Origin: Candidatus Muiribacteriota bacterium
GTDB lineage: Bacteria > Muiribacteriota > Muiribacteriia > Muiribacteriales > Muiribacteriaceae
Assembly: GCA_051747805.1 (NCBI GenBank)
Contig: JBNJGP010000005.1
Location: 23,848 to 59,684 of the forward strand
Direction: 5' to 3'
Length of the DNA stretch: 35,837 nucleotides
The position numbers and the translations under genes were made by a program. Positions 1 to 9,481 of this stretch are shown here, piece by piece. Positions within the stretch are counted from its first letter, which is position 1; the number at the start of each line of letters is the position of its first letter. The notes below the pieces were generated by a model. That model was not told where the DNA came from, did not search any database, and saw nothing but the letters and a program-made list of their open reading frames with translations.

Positions 1-517
1 TAATATCTTGAGATTTACCACTTAAAGCAGCTTTTTTTATGATAAGTGCTTTTTTACCTGTGTTTGGTGTTATTGTTTCAACAATTGTTTTTTCTTTGTC
101 TTTATCAATAAAGGGTATAACATTTACTAATTCATCATCTCCATCTATTATTTTAATAATTAAATTTTTAATTTGGTTTTCTGGAATTTTTAAATTATCA
201 AATTCATAGGAACCATCTATCAAGTCTGTTTCAAAATTTTCAAAATTTTCTGTTGAAAAATTTCCATTGTTATCATAGAAACCGCAAATAACTCTTGAAT
301 CATCAGCAAAATCTACTGTTTTTTTTATTTTTCCTGGTCCTAATCTAATAGGTGCTCCCAATGAATCAGTATCTTTTGTGGCCTGCCCTGATAATTTAGC
401 AGTAATTTTAGTGATTGTTTCATCAATAGTACCGGAACTTCCGCCACAACCGGTTGATAGAGTTGCTATCATAATAGCAACCAGAAATACACTTAGTGTT
501 TTTGCGAATTTTCGCAT
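1..517 (-). CDS. Lipoprotein of unknown function, N-terminal part (runs off the left edge)
   Basis: Not in the ORF track. ATG at 517 with AGGAGG at 525-530. Reads MRKFAKTLSVFLVAIMIATLSTGCGGSSG..., a signal peptide with lipobox-like STGC, and stays open to position 1. Confidence 0.85.
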   Translation of the reverse strand, partial: MRKFAKTLSVFLVAIMIATLSTGCGGSSGTIDETITKITAKLSGQATKDTDSLGAPIRLGPGKIKKTVDFADDSRVICGFYDNNGNFSTENFENFETDLIDGSYEFDNLKIPENQIKNLIIKIIDGDDELVNVIPFIDKDKEKTIVETITPNTGKKALIIKKAALSGKSQDI

Positions 518-685
518 TTTGTTACCTCCTGATTTTTTATATTAGTTTAATGAAACCTTAAAAAAAATTATTTTTTGAGGTTGGATGGTATTTGAAACAT
601 AATTAAGATATAAACTTAGAAAATAATAAACAATAAACACCATTTAAATTCCCCATTATCCCCGTTTTTTTATTATTACTTAATA

Positions 686-714
686 ATAATAATATTATTG
701 CTTTTTAATGTCAA
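686..714 (-). promoter_or_regulatory. Putative sigma70 promoter for the lipoprotein gene
   Basis: TTGACA (714-709), 17 nt, TATTAT (691-686) on the minus strand. Confidence 0.5.
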
Positions 715-834
715 GTTTTAAAAAAAAACTTTTATACAATAATAAAGAATTGAAGATGAATGTTTTATTTTTAAAATCCGATAAAATATTGTAAATTAAT
801 TTTTATATGGGGTATAATTAAATTTAAAAGAGAG

Positions 835-1701
835 GTGAAATATAAAATTAAAGCATTAATAATATGTATATGTGAACCATTTACAGTTTTTAGATCATCA
901 TATATTTCAAAAAATATAAAAAATTCATTAACAAACACTCAAATTGATTATATTGTTGATGAAAGGTATAAATGCATTGTTGAAAACTGGTCTTTTACAA
1001 ATAGAACCATATCGGTAAAATCAAGTGCCGGTATTTTTCATATCTGGGCTTTAATAAAACAGATTAAAAAACAAAAATATGATTATGTTTTTCATGTAAA
1101 GGGAAAATTTCCTGCTATTTTATTTAAAATTGGATTAAACTATGAAGATTTTAATTATCTGGGCTTTTATGATAAATGGGAAAAACATCTTAACAAAGCA
1201 GGAATAAGCACCTGTAATACCCCTTATAATTTTAATTTTCCAGACGGTTTTAAGTATAGAATTGGAAAAATAAAACCACCGCTTTTAACTTTAATACCGT
1301 TTTCAGAATATCCAAAAAACGATTGGGGGCTGGAAAGTTTTTTATATTTAGCCTCAGTTTTTAATAAAAAAACCGGGGGAAGTGTAGCAGTAGTTTCACC
1401 CGTAAATCATAATAAGAAGTTTCAGGCTTTTAATGTATATAATTTTGTTTTTAACTTATGTAATAAAGCAGATATTATGCAGAGCGCCTTTGTAATTAAG
1501 CACTCCAGTGCCGTAGTGGCCTCTCCAAGCTGGTACATAAATATAGCTTCCTGTGTAAACTCGAATATAATTTCCGTTTCAAATTCAGATAAAAAACATA
1601 TTTTTACTCCAGATGAAGTCCAGAACCTATCCAACCCAACTGAAAATGAAGTTTTATCAAAAATCTTGGGGTCAGGTCTCCGGAATTCGCAAATCAAATA
1701 A
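835..1701 (+). CDS. Divergent glycosyltransferase family 9 (heptosyltransferase-like) protein
   Basis: GT9-like segments IDYIVDERY, KQKYDYVF, PKNDWGLESF, NLCNKADIMQSAFVIKHSSAVVA. The usual DSGxxHxA motif reads SPSWYINIA. The last codons run through the transposase left IR. Confidence 0.6.
   Translation: MKYKIKALIICICEPFTVFRSSYISKNIKNSLTNTQIDYIVDERYKCIVENWSFTNRTISVKSSAGIFHIWALIKQIKKQKYDYVFHVKGKFPAILFKIGLNYEDFNYLGFYDKWEKHLNKAGISTCNTPYNFNFPDGFKYRIGKIKPPLLTLIPFSEYPKNDWGLESFLYLASVFNKKTGGSVAVVSPVNHNKKFQAFNVYNFVFNLCNKADIMQSAFVIKHSSAVVASPSWYINIASCVNSNIISVSNSDKKHIFTPDEVQNLSNPTENEVLSKILGSGLRNSQIK
1668..1691 (+). repeat. Left 24-bp inverted repeat
   Basis: GGGGTCAGGTCTCCGGAATTCGCA; exact reverse complements at 2657-2680 and 35721-35744. 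Confidence 0.97.
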
Positions 1702-1714
1702 AATATGATATAAT
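1686..1714 (+). promoter_or_regulatory. Putative transposase promoter, -35 inside the IR, leaderless start
   Basis: TTCGCA (1686-1691), 17 nt, TATAAT (1709-1714) with extended -10 TG at 1706-1707. ATG at 1721, no SD. Confidence 0.6.
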
Positions 1715-1720
1715 AAAAAT

Positions 1721-2689
1721 ATGGCCAGACAATTAAGAATAGAATTTCCTGAAGCCCATTATCATGTATTTGCACGCGGCGAAAGAAAAGATACAATTTT
1801 TCTTGTAAATCGGGATTATGAAGTTTTTATAGAAAAATTAAAAGAAACTTTAATTAAGTACAATGTAGAATGTGCGGCATTCGTATTAATGCCTAATCAC
1901 TATCATTTATATTTGATAACACCTGAGGCAAATTTAACTAAAGCGATTCATTATTTAAATTCCTCATACACAAACTGGTATAAGGCCAAACATGAAATTA
2001 CAGGACATGTTTTTCAGGGCAGATATAAAGCTTTATTAGTAGACAAAGATAATTATTTTTTTAGAGTAATTAATTATATTCATCTGAATCCAGTAGAGTC
2101 TGGTATTGTAAAAAAACCGTGGGATTATAAATGGGGAAGTTGTTTAGACTATGTATATGGTGATAATTTTTTTGATTTTGTTAACCGCGATTTATATCTT
2201 AAACAGCTTGATAAAGACTTAAACCAGGCTCAGAAAAAATATAAAAAAGTTATTTCACGCTCAAAAGATGCTAATTTACCTCATAGAGATTTATATAAAG
2301 GATTAGCGATTGGCAAAAAGAAATTTAAAGAAAAGGTTGATGATTATATTAAAAAAATTGATGAAAATGTATATATCCCCTCAACTAGAATGAATAAAAC
2401 AAGGAATAAGGATTTTTTTGTTAACATTGTTTGTAAACACTTTAATATTGACAAAAAAGAATTATTTAAAAAAGGAAAACATAATAATTATAAGAAAGTT
2501 TTTGTTTATTTTTCAAAGAAATACTCAAGGATGACTAATGCTGAAATTGGAAGTTTATTTGATTTACATCCCGGAAGTATATCTGATATTTATAGTAGGT
2601 TAAAAAAAGATATTAAAATTAATAAGGGGTTGAAAAAGGATATTCGAATTTTAGAATGCGAATTCCGGAGACCTGACCCCCGGAATTAG
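1721..2689 (+). CDS. REP-associated tyrosine transposase-like (Y1 HUH) protein with C-terminal DnaA domain IV-like HTH
   Basis: [19 protein letters not shown] motif [18 protein letters not shown]; catalytic Tyr motif YIHLNPV; YKWGS. C-terminal [13 protein letters not shown]...[18 protein letters not shown]. Confidence 0.93.
   Translation: MARQLRIEFPEAHYHVFARGERKDTIFLVNRDYEVFIEKLKETLIKYNVECAAFVLMPNHYHLYLITPEANLTKAIHYLNSSYTNWYKAKHEITGHVFQGRYKALLVDKDNYFFRVINYIHLNPVESGIVKKPWDYKWGSCLDYVYGDNFFDFVNRDLYLKQLDKDLNQAQKKYKKVISRSKDANLPHRDLYKGLAIGKKKFKEKVDDYIKKIDENVYIPSTRMNKTRNKDFFVNIVCKHFNIDKKELFKKGKHNNYKKVFVYFSKKYSRMTNAEIGSLFDLHPGSISDIYSRLKKDIKINKGLKKDIRILECEFRRPDPRN
2657..2680 (-). repeat. Right 24-bp inverted repeat (inside the transposase 3' end)
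   Basis: TGCGAATTCCGGAGACCTGACCCC, encoding CEFRRPDP. Confidence 0.97.
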
Positions 2690-2700
2690 GAGGAATTTTT

Positions 2701-3447
2701 ATGTATAAACTTGTTTTATTGCGTCATGGACAGAGTAAATGGAATTTGGAAAATTTATTTACAGGGTGGACTGATGTTGATTTAAGTGAAAGAGGAGTTT
2801 CTGAGGCTGTGAATTCTGGTATTACTTTAAAAAAAGAAGGATTAACATTTGATAAAGTATATACTTCTGTTTTAAAAAGGGCAATTAGAACTTATTTTTT
2901 ATGTCTTGAACAGATGGATTTGTTGTGGCTCCCTGTTGAGAAGGCATGGCAGTTAAACGAAAGACATTATGGTGCTTTACAGGGATTAAATAAGGCTGAA
3001 ACTATGAAAGAGCATGGTGAAGAAAAAGTTATGCAATGGCGCCGAAGCTATGATATAACTCCGCCTCCTCTAAAAGAGGATGATTCAAGAAATCCAGCGA
3101 AAGACCCCAGATATTCTTCTTTAAGTAAAGAGGATATTCCTCTTACTGAAAGTTTAAAACTTACTCTTGACAGGGTTCTGCCTTACTGGCATAAAAAAAT
3201 TGCTCCAGATATTAAAGCGGGTAAAAAACTTTTAGTAGCTGCTCACGGAAATAGTCTTAGAGCTCTTGTTAAATATCTGGATAATGTTTCTGAGGAAGAA
3301 ATTGTAAAGCTTAATATTCCAACAGGAATACCGCTGGTTTATGAACTCGATAAAGATTTAAAACCAATAAAAAGTTATTATCTGGCTGATGAGGAAGAGA
3401 GAAAAAAGGCTGAGCAGGAAGTGGCTAATCAAACAAAACAGGCTTAA
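2701..3447 (+). CDS. gpmA: 2,3-bisphosphoglycerate-dependent phosphoglycerate mutase
   Basis: [48 protein letters not shown]. Confidence 0.98.
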   Translation: MYKLVLLRHGQSKWNLENLFTGWTDVDLSERGVSEAVNSGITLKKEGLTFDKVYTSVLKRAIRTYFLCLEQMDLLWLPVEKAWQLNERHYGALQGLNKAETMKEHGEEKVMQWRRSYDITPPPLKEDDSRNPAKDPRYSSLSKEDIPLTESLKLTLDRVLPYWHKKIAPDIKAGKKLLVAAHGNSLRALVKYLDNVSEEEIVKLNIPTGIPLVYELDKDLKPIKSYYLADEEERKKAEQEVANQTKQA

Positions 3448-3474
3448 AAATAAAACATTAAAAAGGAGCTACTT

Positions 3475-4005
3475 TTAATTTTTTAAAGTGGCTCCCATTA
3501 TTATTCCTAATGCAAGTCCCCATAAGGCAGCAAGACCTATCTGAAAATATTCTGGTAGCGCAAAAGTAATTGTGTGGGCCGGTATCCAGAACCATATAAG
3601 TGTAGACCATGCTTTTTTGATTCCGGAAAATCCAGATTTTTTTTCTATAATATTATCTTCTATTCTATGAAAAGCCATCATTTGAGGTCCGAAAAACAAA
3701 TTTGTAAAAACTGAAACTAAAAAAGCATAGGTAATAGTATTTTCCATAAAAAATCCTGGTAAAAGGTTATAGGTAAATAAATTTCTGGTAAATCCCTGCA
3801 TACCAATAAAACCATATTTTATAATTATTCCAAGAAGAGCCCAGGCTAAAATTTTAAAAACAAAAATATTAAATGTCCAACCTGTTTTTCTTTTTTTATT
3901 TTTAAGAGTAAGCGATATTATTTCGCCGGCGGTTCCTAAAATGCCAAATTGAATTGCTGCTGAGATAAATGGATGATTAGTTACAAATTCAACATATGCT
4001 TCCAT
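3475..4005 (-). CDS. Mpv17/PMP22-like membrane protein
   Basis: Several hydrophobic segments; WFWIPAHTITFALP resembles the family motif; AGGAGG RBS. Confidence 0.7.
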   Translation of the reverse strand: MEAYVEFVTNHPFISAAIQFGILGTAGEIISLTLKNKKRKTGWTFNIFVFKILAWALLGIIIKYGFIGMQGFTRNLFTYNLLPGFFMENTITYAFLVSVFTNLFFGPQMMAFHRIEDNIIEKKSGFSGIKKAWSTLIWFWIPAHTITFALPEYFQIGLAALWGLALGIIMGATLKN

Positions 4006-4237
4006 TAAAATCCTCCTGACTGTTTATATTTTTTTTAATATTAAATAATAATCTTAAGTTTAGCAAAAAAATATAATTTTAACCTGTAGACATTTATAAA
4101 GCAGTAAAGACGATTAAAAATCAACCGGGCCGGCAGTCAAAACATAAAAACATTACGAAAAAAATTCAATGAGAATTGGTCAATTTGAACCAATGTAGTG
4201 GAATTTTATTAAAAAAAATGAAATAATTAGATCAATT

Positions 4238-5566
4238 ATGATAAATCTAAAATTTAAAAAATTAAATTTAAATAAAAAAATATTTATTACACCGCCATCA
4301 GATAAATCTATATCACACAGGGCTCTTCTATTAAACTGCTGTGCAGAAAAAGGAAAGGCAGTAATTTCGAATTTTTTATTCTGCGAAGATACTCTAAGAA
4401 CCCTGCAGTTAGTCAAACAGCTTGGAATAAAGATTGAAACAGATAAAATGAATAAAAAAGTTTATATGAAAAAAGAGGATAAATTAAAAAGCGTTATAAA
4501 AGAAGTTTACTGCGGAAATTCTGGCACCACATGCCGGCTGTCAATGGCTTTGATAGCCGGTGCAGGAGTAAAAACAAAGTTCAGGGGCGATAAATCTCTT
4601 TCAAACAGGCCAATGCAAAGAATAACTTATATGCTGGAGAAAATGGGGGCGGATTTAAAAACAAATAATAAAAAACTTCCTGTTGAGTTTAGACAATCTA
4701 AGTTAAAAAAAATAAAATTTTATTCTGATATAGGCTCTGCTCAGCAGAAAAGTGCTTTTATAATTGCCTCTTTATTTGCCAAAGGAGAGAAAGCTGAATA
4801 TTTTTTTAACCTTCCATCAAGAAACCATACTGAGATTATGCTAAAAAAAATGGGAGCAGATATAAAACGAAAAAGAATTAATGGTAAATATAAATATAAT
4901 CTTATAATAAAAAATAAAAAACTAAACTGCTGTAATTTTAAAATTCCAGGGGATTTTTCTTCAGCCTCCTTTTTTATTGTGCTTGGATTATTAAAAAGTA
5001 AAAATGGTATTTATATAAAAGAGGTGAATTTGAATAAATCACGTTCGGGTTTAATTTATCTTTTGAAAAAAATGGGAGCACATATTGAAGTTATAAAAAA
5101 GAATAATACTTATTCTGAGAGTTGCGGGGATATTTTTGTTAAAAAAAGTTCTCTTAAAGGTATAAAAGTTGAAGATAAGACAATTATTCCCGCTTTAATT
5201 GATGAAGTTATGCTCCTTGCTCTTACTATGGCCTTTTCTGATGGGGATTCTGAAATTTATAATATAGGTGAACTAAAATATAAAGAGTGTAATCGACTGG
5301 AAAAAATTGGAGAAATTCTTGATTTTATTGGAATTGAAGCTAAGATTAAAGATGATTTTATTAAAATTTATCCTAAGAATAAAAAAAATTGTACAGATTT
5401 TATTAATTGCCATAATGATCATAGAATAATTATGACAGCTTTAATTGCCGGGGTGGTTTTAGAGAGAGATTTGAAAATAGATTCGATTTCTGATATAAAT
5501 ACGTCATTCCCCAATTTTTTTAAAATCCTGAAGGAGTGTGGATATGAATTTAAGTATAGCAATTGA
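4238..5566 (+). CDS. aroA: EPSP synthase (class II-like)
   Basis: DKSISHRA, CGNSGTT, SLSNRPM, SAQQKS, RNHTE, PGDFSSA, KECNR, DHR. Confidence 0.95.
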   Translation: MINLKFKKLNLNKKIFITPPSDKSISHRALLLNCCAEKGKAVISNFLFCEDTLRTLQLVKQLGIKIETDKMNKKVYMKKEDKLKSVIKEVYCGNSGTTCRLSMALIAGAGVKTKFRGDKSLSNRPMQRITYMLEKMGADLKTNNKKLPVEFRQSKLKKIKFYSDIGSAQQKSAFIIASLFAKGEKAEYFFNLPSRNHTEIMLKKMGADIKRKRINGKYKYNLIIKNKKLNCCNFKIPGDFSSASFFIVLGLLKSKNGIYIKEVNLNKSRSGLIYLLKKMGAHIEVIKKNNTYSESCGDIFVKKSSLKGIKVEDKTIIPALIDEVMLLALTMAFSDGDSEIYNIGELKYKECNRLEKIGEILDFIGIEAKIKDDFIKIYPKNKKNCTDFINCHNDHRIIMTALIAGVVLERDLKIDSISDINTSFPNFFKILKECGYEFKYSN

Positions 5567-6215
5567 TGGCCCGGCTGGCTCTGGAAAGTCTACAATAGCA
5601 AAGATTCTTTCAGAAGAATTAAAAGGTTATTATTATGTTGACAGTGGCTCTTTTTACAGGGCGGTTACATGGCATATACTTAATAATAAACTCGATTTAT
5701 CAAAAGAAAAAGAGCTGCAGGAAGAAATAAATAAGTTGAATTTATCCGCAAAACCAGAAGGTTTGAGTCTAAAGGTGCTTTTAAATAATAAAGACTGTGC
5801 CCATTTAATAAGAACAAGAGAAGTTACAAGAAATGTTTCAGAAGTTTCTGCAATTAGCTGTGTTAGAGATAAAGTAAATTCGATTTTTAAAAAGCTGGCT
5901 GGGGAATATAATATTATAATGGAAGGAAGAGATATAGGAACAGTTGTTTTAAAAAATGCCGGATATAAATTCTTTCTTATGGCAGAACCGGAAGAAAGGG
6001 CTACAAGACGTTTAAAAGAGCTTGCCCAGAAAGGTGAAAATTATTCTTTTAGAGAAATATTAGATGATATTAAAAAAAGAGATAAATATGATAGCAACCG
6101 AAAAATAGCCCCATTAAAAAAAGCTTCTGATGCAGTTGAAGTTGATACAACTTTTATGTCAATAAACGAAGTTGTACAAAAAATTAAAAGTTATTTACTT
6201 AAAGAAAAAAAATAG
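5544..6215 (+). CDS. cmk: Cytidylate kinase
   Basis: IAIDGPAGSGKST, DSGSFYR, MEGRDIGTVV. Start placed at ATG 5544, 7 nt after AAGGAG. Confidence 0.96.
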   Translation: MNLSIAIDGPAGSGKSTIAKILSEELKGYYYVDSGSFYRAVTWHILNNKLDLSKEKELQEEINKLNLSAKPEGLSLKVLLNNKDCAHLIRTREVTRNVSEVSAISCVRDKVNSIFKKLAGEYNIIMEGRDIGTVVLKNAGYKFFLMAEPEERATRRLKELAQKGENYSFREILDDIKKRDKYDSNRKIAPLKKASDAVEVDTTFMSINEVVQKIKSYLLKEKK

Positions 6216-6229
6216 TTATAATCTTTTAT

Positions 6230-6859
6230 ATGAAAAATATTGACTGGCTTATTAGTAAATTTTTTCTTAATATTCTTTTCAGAATATTCTTTGTAGATAT
6301 AAAAGTTATAAACAGGCAAAAAATCCCTCAACAAGGACCCCTGTTAATTGTATCAAATCATTTAAGTAATTTAGATCCTCCTATAATTATGTATGCTTTT
6401 AACAGACATGTTGTTTTTATGGCTAAAAAGGAAATTTTTAAAGTGCCTTTGCTTTCCTGGATACTTAAAAAATTAAAATGCTTTCCAGTTAAAAGAGGAA
6501 AAGCAGATAAAAATGCTTTAAACACGGCAAAGAATAGATTATCCCTTGAAAAACTGGCTGTTGTCATGTTTCCGGAAGGAACCCGTTCTACAAATCATCA
6601 AATCAAAAAATTCAAAAGTGGAATTTCTTATGTATGGTATGATGCAGGATGCCCACCAGTACTACCTGTAGCTTTAAAGGGGAGTGAAAATATATTGAAA
6701 AAAGGGGAGTTAATTCCTAATGTGTCTGAAGTTAAGGTGATAATTGGGGATGTTTTAAATATTGAAGAAGATTTCTGGGATAATAATAATAGAAAGGAAA
6801 GCGCAGAAAAATTTGCTTTTATGCTTGAAAAAAACGTTATAGAGCTAAAAAACATTTAA
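6230..6859 (+). CDS. plsC: 1-acyl-sn-glycerol-3-phosphate acyltransferase
   Basis: NHLSNLD (HxxxxD) and FPEGTRS motifs. Confidence 0.93.
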   Translation: MKNIDWLISKFFLNILFRIFFVDIKVINRQKIPQQGPLLIVSNHLSNLDPPIIMYAFNRHVVFMAKKEIFKVPLLSWILKKLKCFPVKRGKADKNALNTAKNRLSLEKLAVVMFPEGTRSTNHQIKKFKSGISYVWYDAGCPPVLPVALKGSENILKKGELIPNVSEVKVIIGDVLNIEEDFWDNNNRKESAEKFAFMLEKNVIELKNI

Positions 6860-6877
6860 GTTACTGAAGAGGATAAT

Positions 6878-7411
6878 ATGTCAAAATATATTTTTTTTGA
6901 TAGAGATGGGACAATGATTAAAGAAAAAAAATATCTGTGTAATCCAGCAGGGGTTGAAATACTTCCCGGGGTAATAGAAGGACTTAAAAAACTGCATAGT
7001 CTGAACTATGAATTCATTATAATTACAAATCAGTCAGGTATTGCAAGAGGATATTTCACCCAGCGGGAAGCTGAAAGTGTTAACAATAAATTAATTTCTA
7101 TTTTAGAAAATAATTGTATAAAAATAAATAAAGTTTATATATGCCCGCATCATCCTGAATTCTCTGGAAGTTGTTCCTGTAGAAAACCTGAGCCTGGCAT
7201 GATATTTCAAGCTGCAGAAGAATTTGACATAAGTTTTGAAAAATCCTGGGTTGTGGGAGACAAGTGTTCGGATGTTTTATGTGGAAAAAAAGCTGATTTG
7301 AATACTGCGATGGTAAAAACAGGTTACGGGAAACATCAAATAAATAAATGTAAACCAGATTTATATATAGAAAATATACTGGAATTCGCAGATAGAATAA
7401 TCAATTTTTAA
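6878..7411 (+). CDS. gmhB: D-glycero-D-manno-heptose 1,7-bisphosphate phosphatase
   Basis: FDRDGT, TNQSGIARG, CPHHP..CSCRKP, GDK..D. Confidence 0.93.
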   Translation: MSKYIFFDRDGTMIKEKKYLCNPAGVEILPGVIEGLKKLHSLNYEFIIITNQSGIARGYFTQREAESVNNKLISILENNCIKINKVYICPHHPEFSGSCSCRKPEPGMIFQAAEEFDISFEKSWVVGDKCSDVLCGKKADLNTAMVKTGYGKHQINKCKPDLYIENILEFADRIINF

Positions 7412-7448
7412 TAAAATAAAAAAGATTTAATTCTGGAAAGGAAAAAAC

Positions 7449-8441
7449 ATGAAAACTCTTAAAAGAGAAAGATTAATAAAAATATTAAATGAATTTTCAA
7501 AATTAAATATACTCGTTTACGGAGATTTAATGGTAGATGAGTTTATTTTTTCAAGTGTAAATAGAATCTCTCCTGAAGCTCCGGTGCCTGTTGCTGAGGT
7601 AGAGGATAAAAAATATATTCTAGGCGGCGCGTCTAATGTTGGGGCAAACGTAAAGGCGCTTGGCGGTGGAAGTTATTTATCCGGGGTTTTAGGTGATGAT
7701 GGTTTTGGAAGACTTTTTTGTGAAAAAGCAGGGGAATATAAGATAAATATAGAAAATACAGTTTTTGATCCACAGCGTCCAACCACCGTTAAAACTAGAA
7801 TAATTGCCCACAATCAGCAGATCGCAAGAGTTGATAATGAAAAACGTACAGAAATAACAGAAAAATTATCAGACAGTATATTTAGTAAGATAAATAGTCA
7901 AAAAGATAAATTTGATGCTGTTATTGTGTCTGATTATGCCAAGGGTACAGTAAGTGTTGAAACTTCAGAAAAAATTAAAAAAATATTTAACAGAAAAATA
8001 AAAGCAATTGACCCCAAAATTAAAAAAGAAAAAATTCTTTCTAATTTTGATTATATAAAACCGAATTTAAAAGAAGCTTCAGACATTACAGGAATTAATA
8101 TAAAAGATGAAAAATCTCTTTTTAATGCCGGGGACTATATGTTTGATAAATTCAGTCCAAAAGCTGTAATTATTACTAGAGGACCCAAGGGAATAACTGT
8201 TATTGAAAAAGAAAATGATTTTACAATTCCAACCACAGCCAAAAAAGTATATGATGTTACAGGAGCCGGCGATACCACTATTGCTGCCTTTGTAATGGCT
8301 GTTGCCTCTGGTGCCGACCATCGCGAAGCTGCTATTATTTCAAATATTGCGGCAGGTATTGTGGTTGGGGAAGTTGGAACTGCCACCGTTTCAAAAGAAA
8401 AAATAATAGAAGCCTTTGATGATATTATGGAGGGAAAATGA
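7449..8441 (+). CDS. hldA: Heptose-7-phosphate kinase (HldE N-terminal domain, RfaE domain I)
   Basis: GDLMVD, RISPEAPVPV, SDYAKG, DVTGAGDT. Confidence 0.93.
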   Translation: MKTLKRERLIKILNEFSKLNILVYGDLMVDEFIFSSVNRISPEAPVPVAEVEDKKYILGGASNVGANVKALGGGSYLSGVLGDDGFGRLFCEKAGEYKINIENTVFDPQRPTTVKTRIIAHNQQIARVDNEKRTEITEKLSDSIFSKINSQKDKFDAVIVSDYAKGTVSVETSEKIKKIFNRKIKAIDPKIKKEKILSNFDYIKPNLKEASDITGINIKDEKSLFNAGDYMFDKFSPKAVIITRGPKGITVIEKENDFTIPTTAKKVYDVTGAGDTTIAAFVMAVASGADHREAAIISNIAAGIVVGEVGTATVSKEKIIEAFDDIMEGK

Positions 8442-9001
8442 GTTTTAAATCAAAAACACAAAAGTTTAAAGAAAAAATAGACAGGCTCTCAGATATATCA
8501 GACAGTATTGAAAGAGTCACAGAAATAATTAAACAGGCTTTTATTTCAGGAAATAAAATTATTATATTTGGCAATGGCGGTTCTGCCTCGGACGCGCTTC
8601 ATTTCAGTGCTGAACTTCAGGGCAGATTTTTTTTAAACAGGAAAAGTCTTCCAGCAGTTTGTTTAAACTCGAATGTTTCAACAATTACTGCAGTTGCAAA
8701 TGATTTTGGATATGAAGATATTTTTTATAAACCGCTTGAGGGAATTTTATCAGAAGGAGATATTGTATTTGGAATTTCCACCAGCGGTAATTCTGCAAAT
8801 ATATTAAAGGCAATGGAATTTGCGCGGCAAAATGGTGGCATTACAGTTGGCTTAACAGGTGAAAACAGAGCTAAATTAAAAAATAACTGCAAATATATTA
8901 TAGAGGCACCATCGCAAAATACTCCAGAAATTCAGGAAATGCATATAATGATAATACATTATATCTGTGAGATGGTGGAAAAAGAATTATTTTCAGGATA
9001 A
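8438..9001 (+). CDS. gmhA: Phosphoheptose isomerase
   Basis: GNGGSASDA, ANDFGY, ISTSGNS, IQEMH. Confidence 0.96.
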   Translation: MSFKSKTQKFKEKIDRLSDISDSIERVTEIIKQAFISGNKIIIFGNGGSASDALHFSAELQGRFFLNRKSLPAVCLNSNVSTITAVANDFGYEDIFYKPLEGILSEGDIVFGISTSGNSANILKAMEFARQNGGITVGLTGENRAKLKNNCKYIIEAPSQNTPEIQEMHIMIIHYICEMVEKELFSG

Positions 9002-9010
9002 AGGGGTTTT

Positions 9011-9478
9011 ATGAAGTATAAAAATGCCAAAAATTTTGCAGATAAAATTAAAGAAGAAGGTAAAAAAATCGTTTTTACGAATGGATGTTTTGATATTATT
9101 CATGCAGGTCATATAAGTTATCTTAATAAAGCTGCCGGGCTTGGTGACTTCCTTATTGTGGGTTTAAACAGTGATTCTTCTATAAAAAGATTAAAAGGTG
9201 AGGGAAGACCTGTTAATAATGAAAATGCCAGGAAAACAGTCATGGAAGCATTAAAAATGGTTGATGCTGTTTTTGTTTTTGAGGAAGATACTCCAATTAA
9301 ACTAATTAAAGCTGTTAAACCCGATTATCTTGTTAAAGGTGGGGATTATAAAAAAGAAGAGGTAGTCGGTTTTGATTTTTTAAAAAAATATAATGGACAG
9401 GTTGTTATAATAGATTATGTTCCTGGTTATTCAACAACAGAAATTATAAACAGCTGTCAAAATAAGCAGGGGGAATGA
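9011..9478 (+). CDS. hldC: Heptose-1-phosphate adenylyltransferase (RfaE domain II)
   Basis: FTNGCFDIIHAGH, GLNSDSS, KGGDY, STT. Confidence 0.95.
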   Translation: MKYKNAKNFADKIKEEGKKIVFTNGCFDIIHAGHISYLNKAAGLGDFLIVGLNSDSSIKRLKGEGRPVNNENARKTVMEALKMVDAVFVFEEDTPIKLIKAVKPDYLVKGGDYKKEEVVGFDFLKKYNGQVVIIDYVPGYSTTEIINSCQNKQGE

Positions 9479-9481
9479 AAT

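Larger units (their letters stand above)
1668..2680 (+). mobile_element. 1013-bp element: RAYT-like Y1 transposase bounded by perfect 24-bp terminal inverted repeats
   Basis: GGGGTCAGGTCTCCGGAATTCGCA at 1668-1691 and its exact reverse complement at 2657-2680. No target-site duplication visible. Confidence 0.85.

Noticed and set aside
503..516. Palindrome TGCGAATTTTCGCA resembling the inner IR end
   Set aside because: Only 8 nt shared, and it lies in the first codons of the lipoprotein gene; likely chance.
1668..1691. IR resembles the SRP RNA motif GGTCAGGTCCGGAAGGAAGCAGCC, or a CRISPR repeat
   Set aside because: It lacks the GGAAGCAG half and helix. Copies are inverted pairs, not a spaced direct array, and no cas genes are present.
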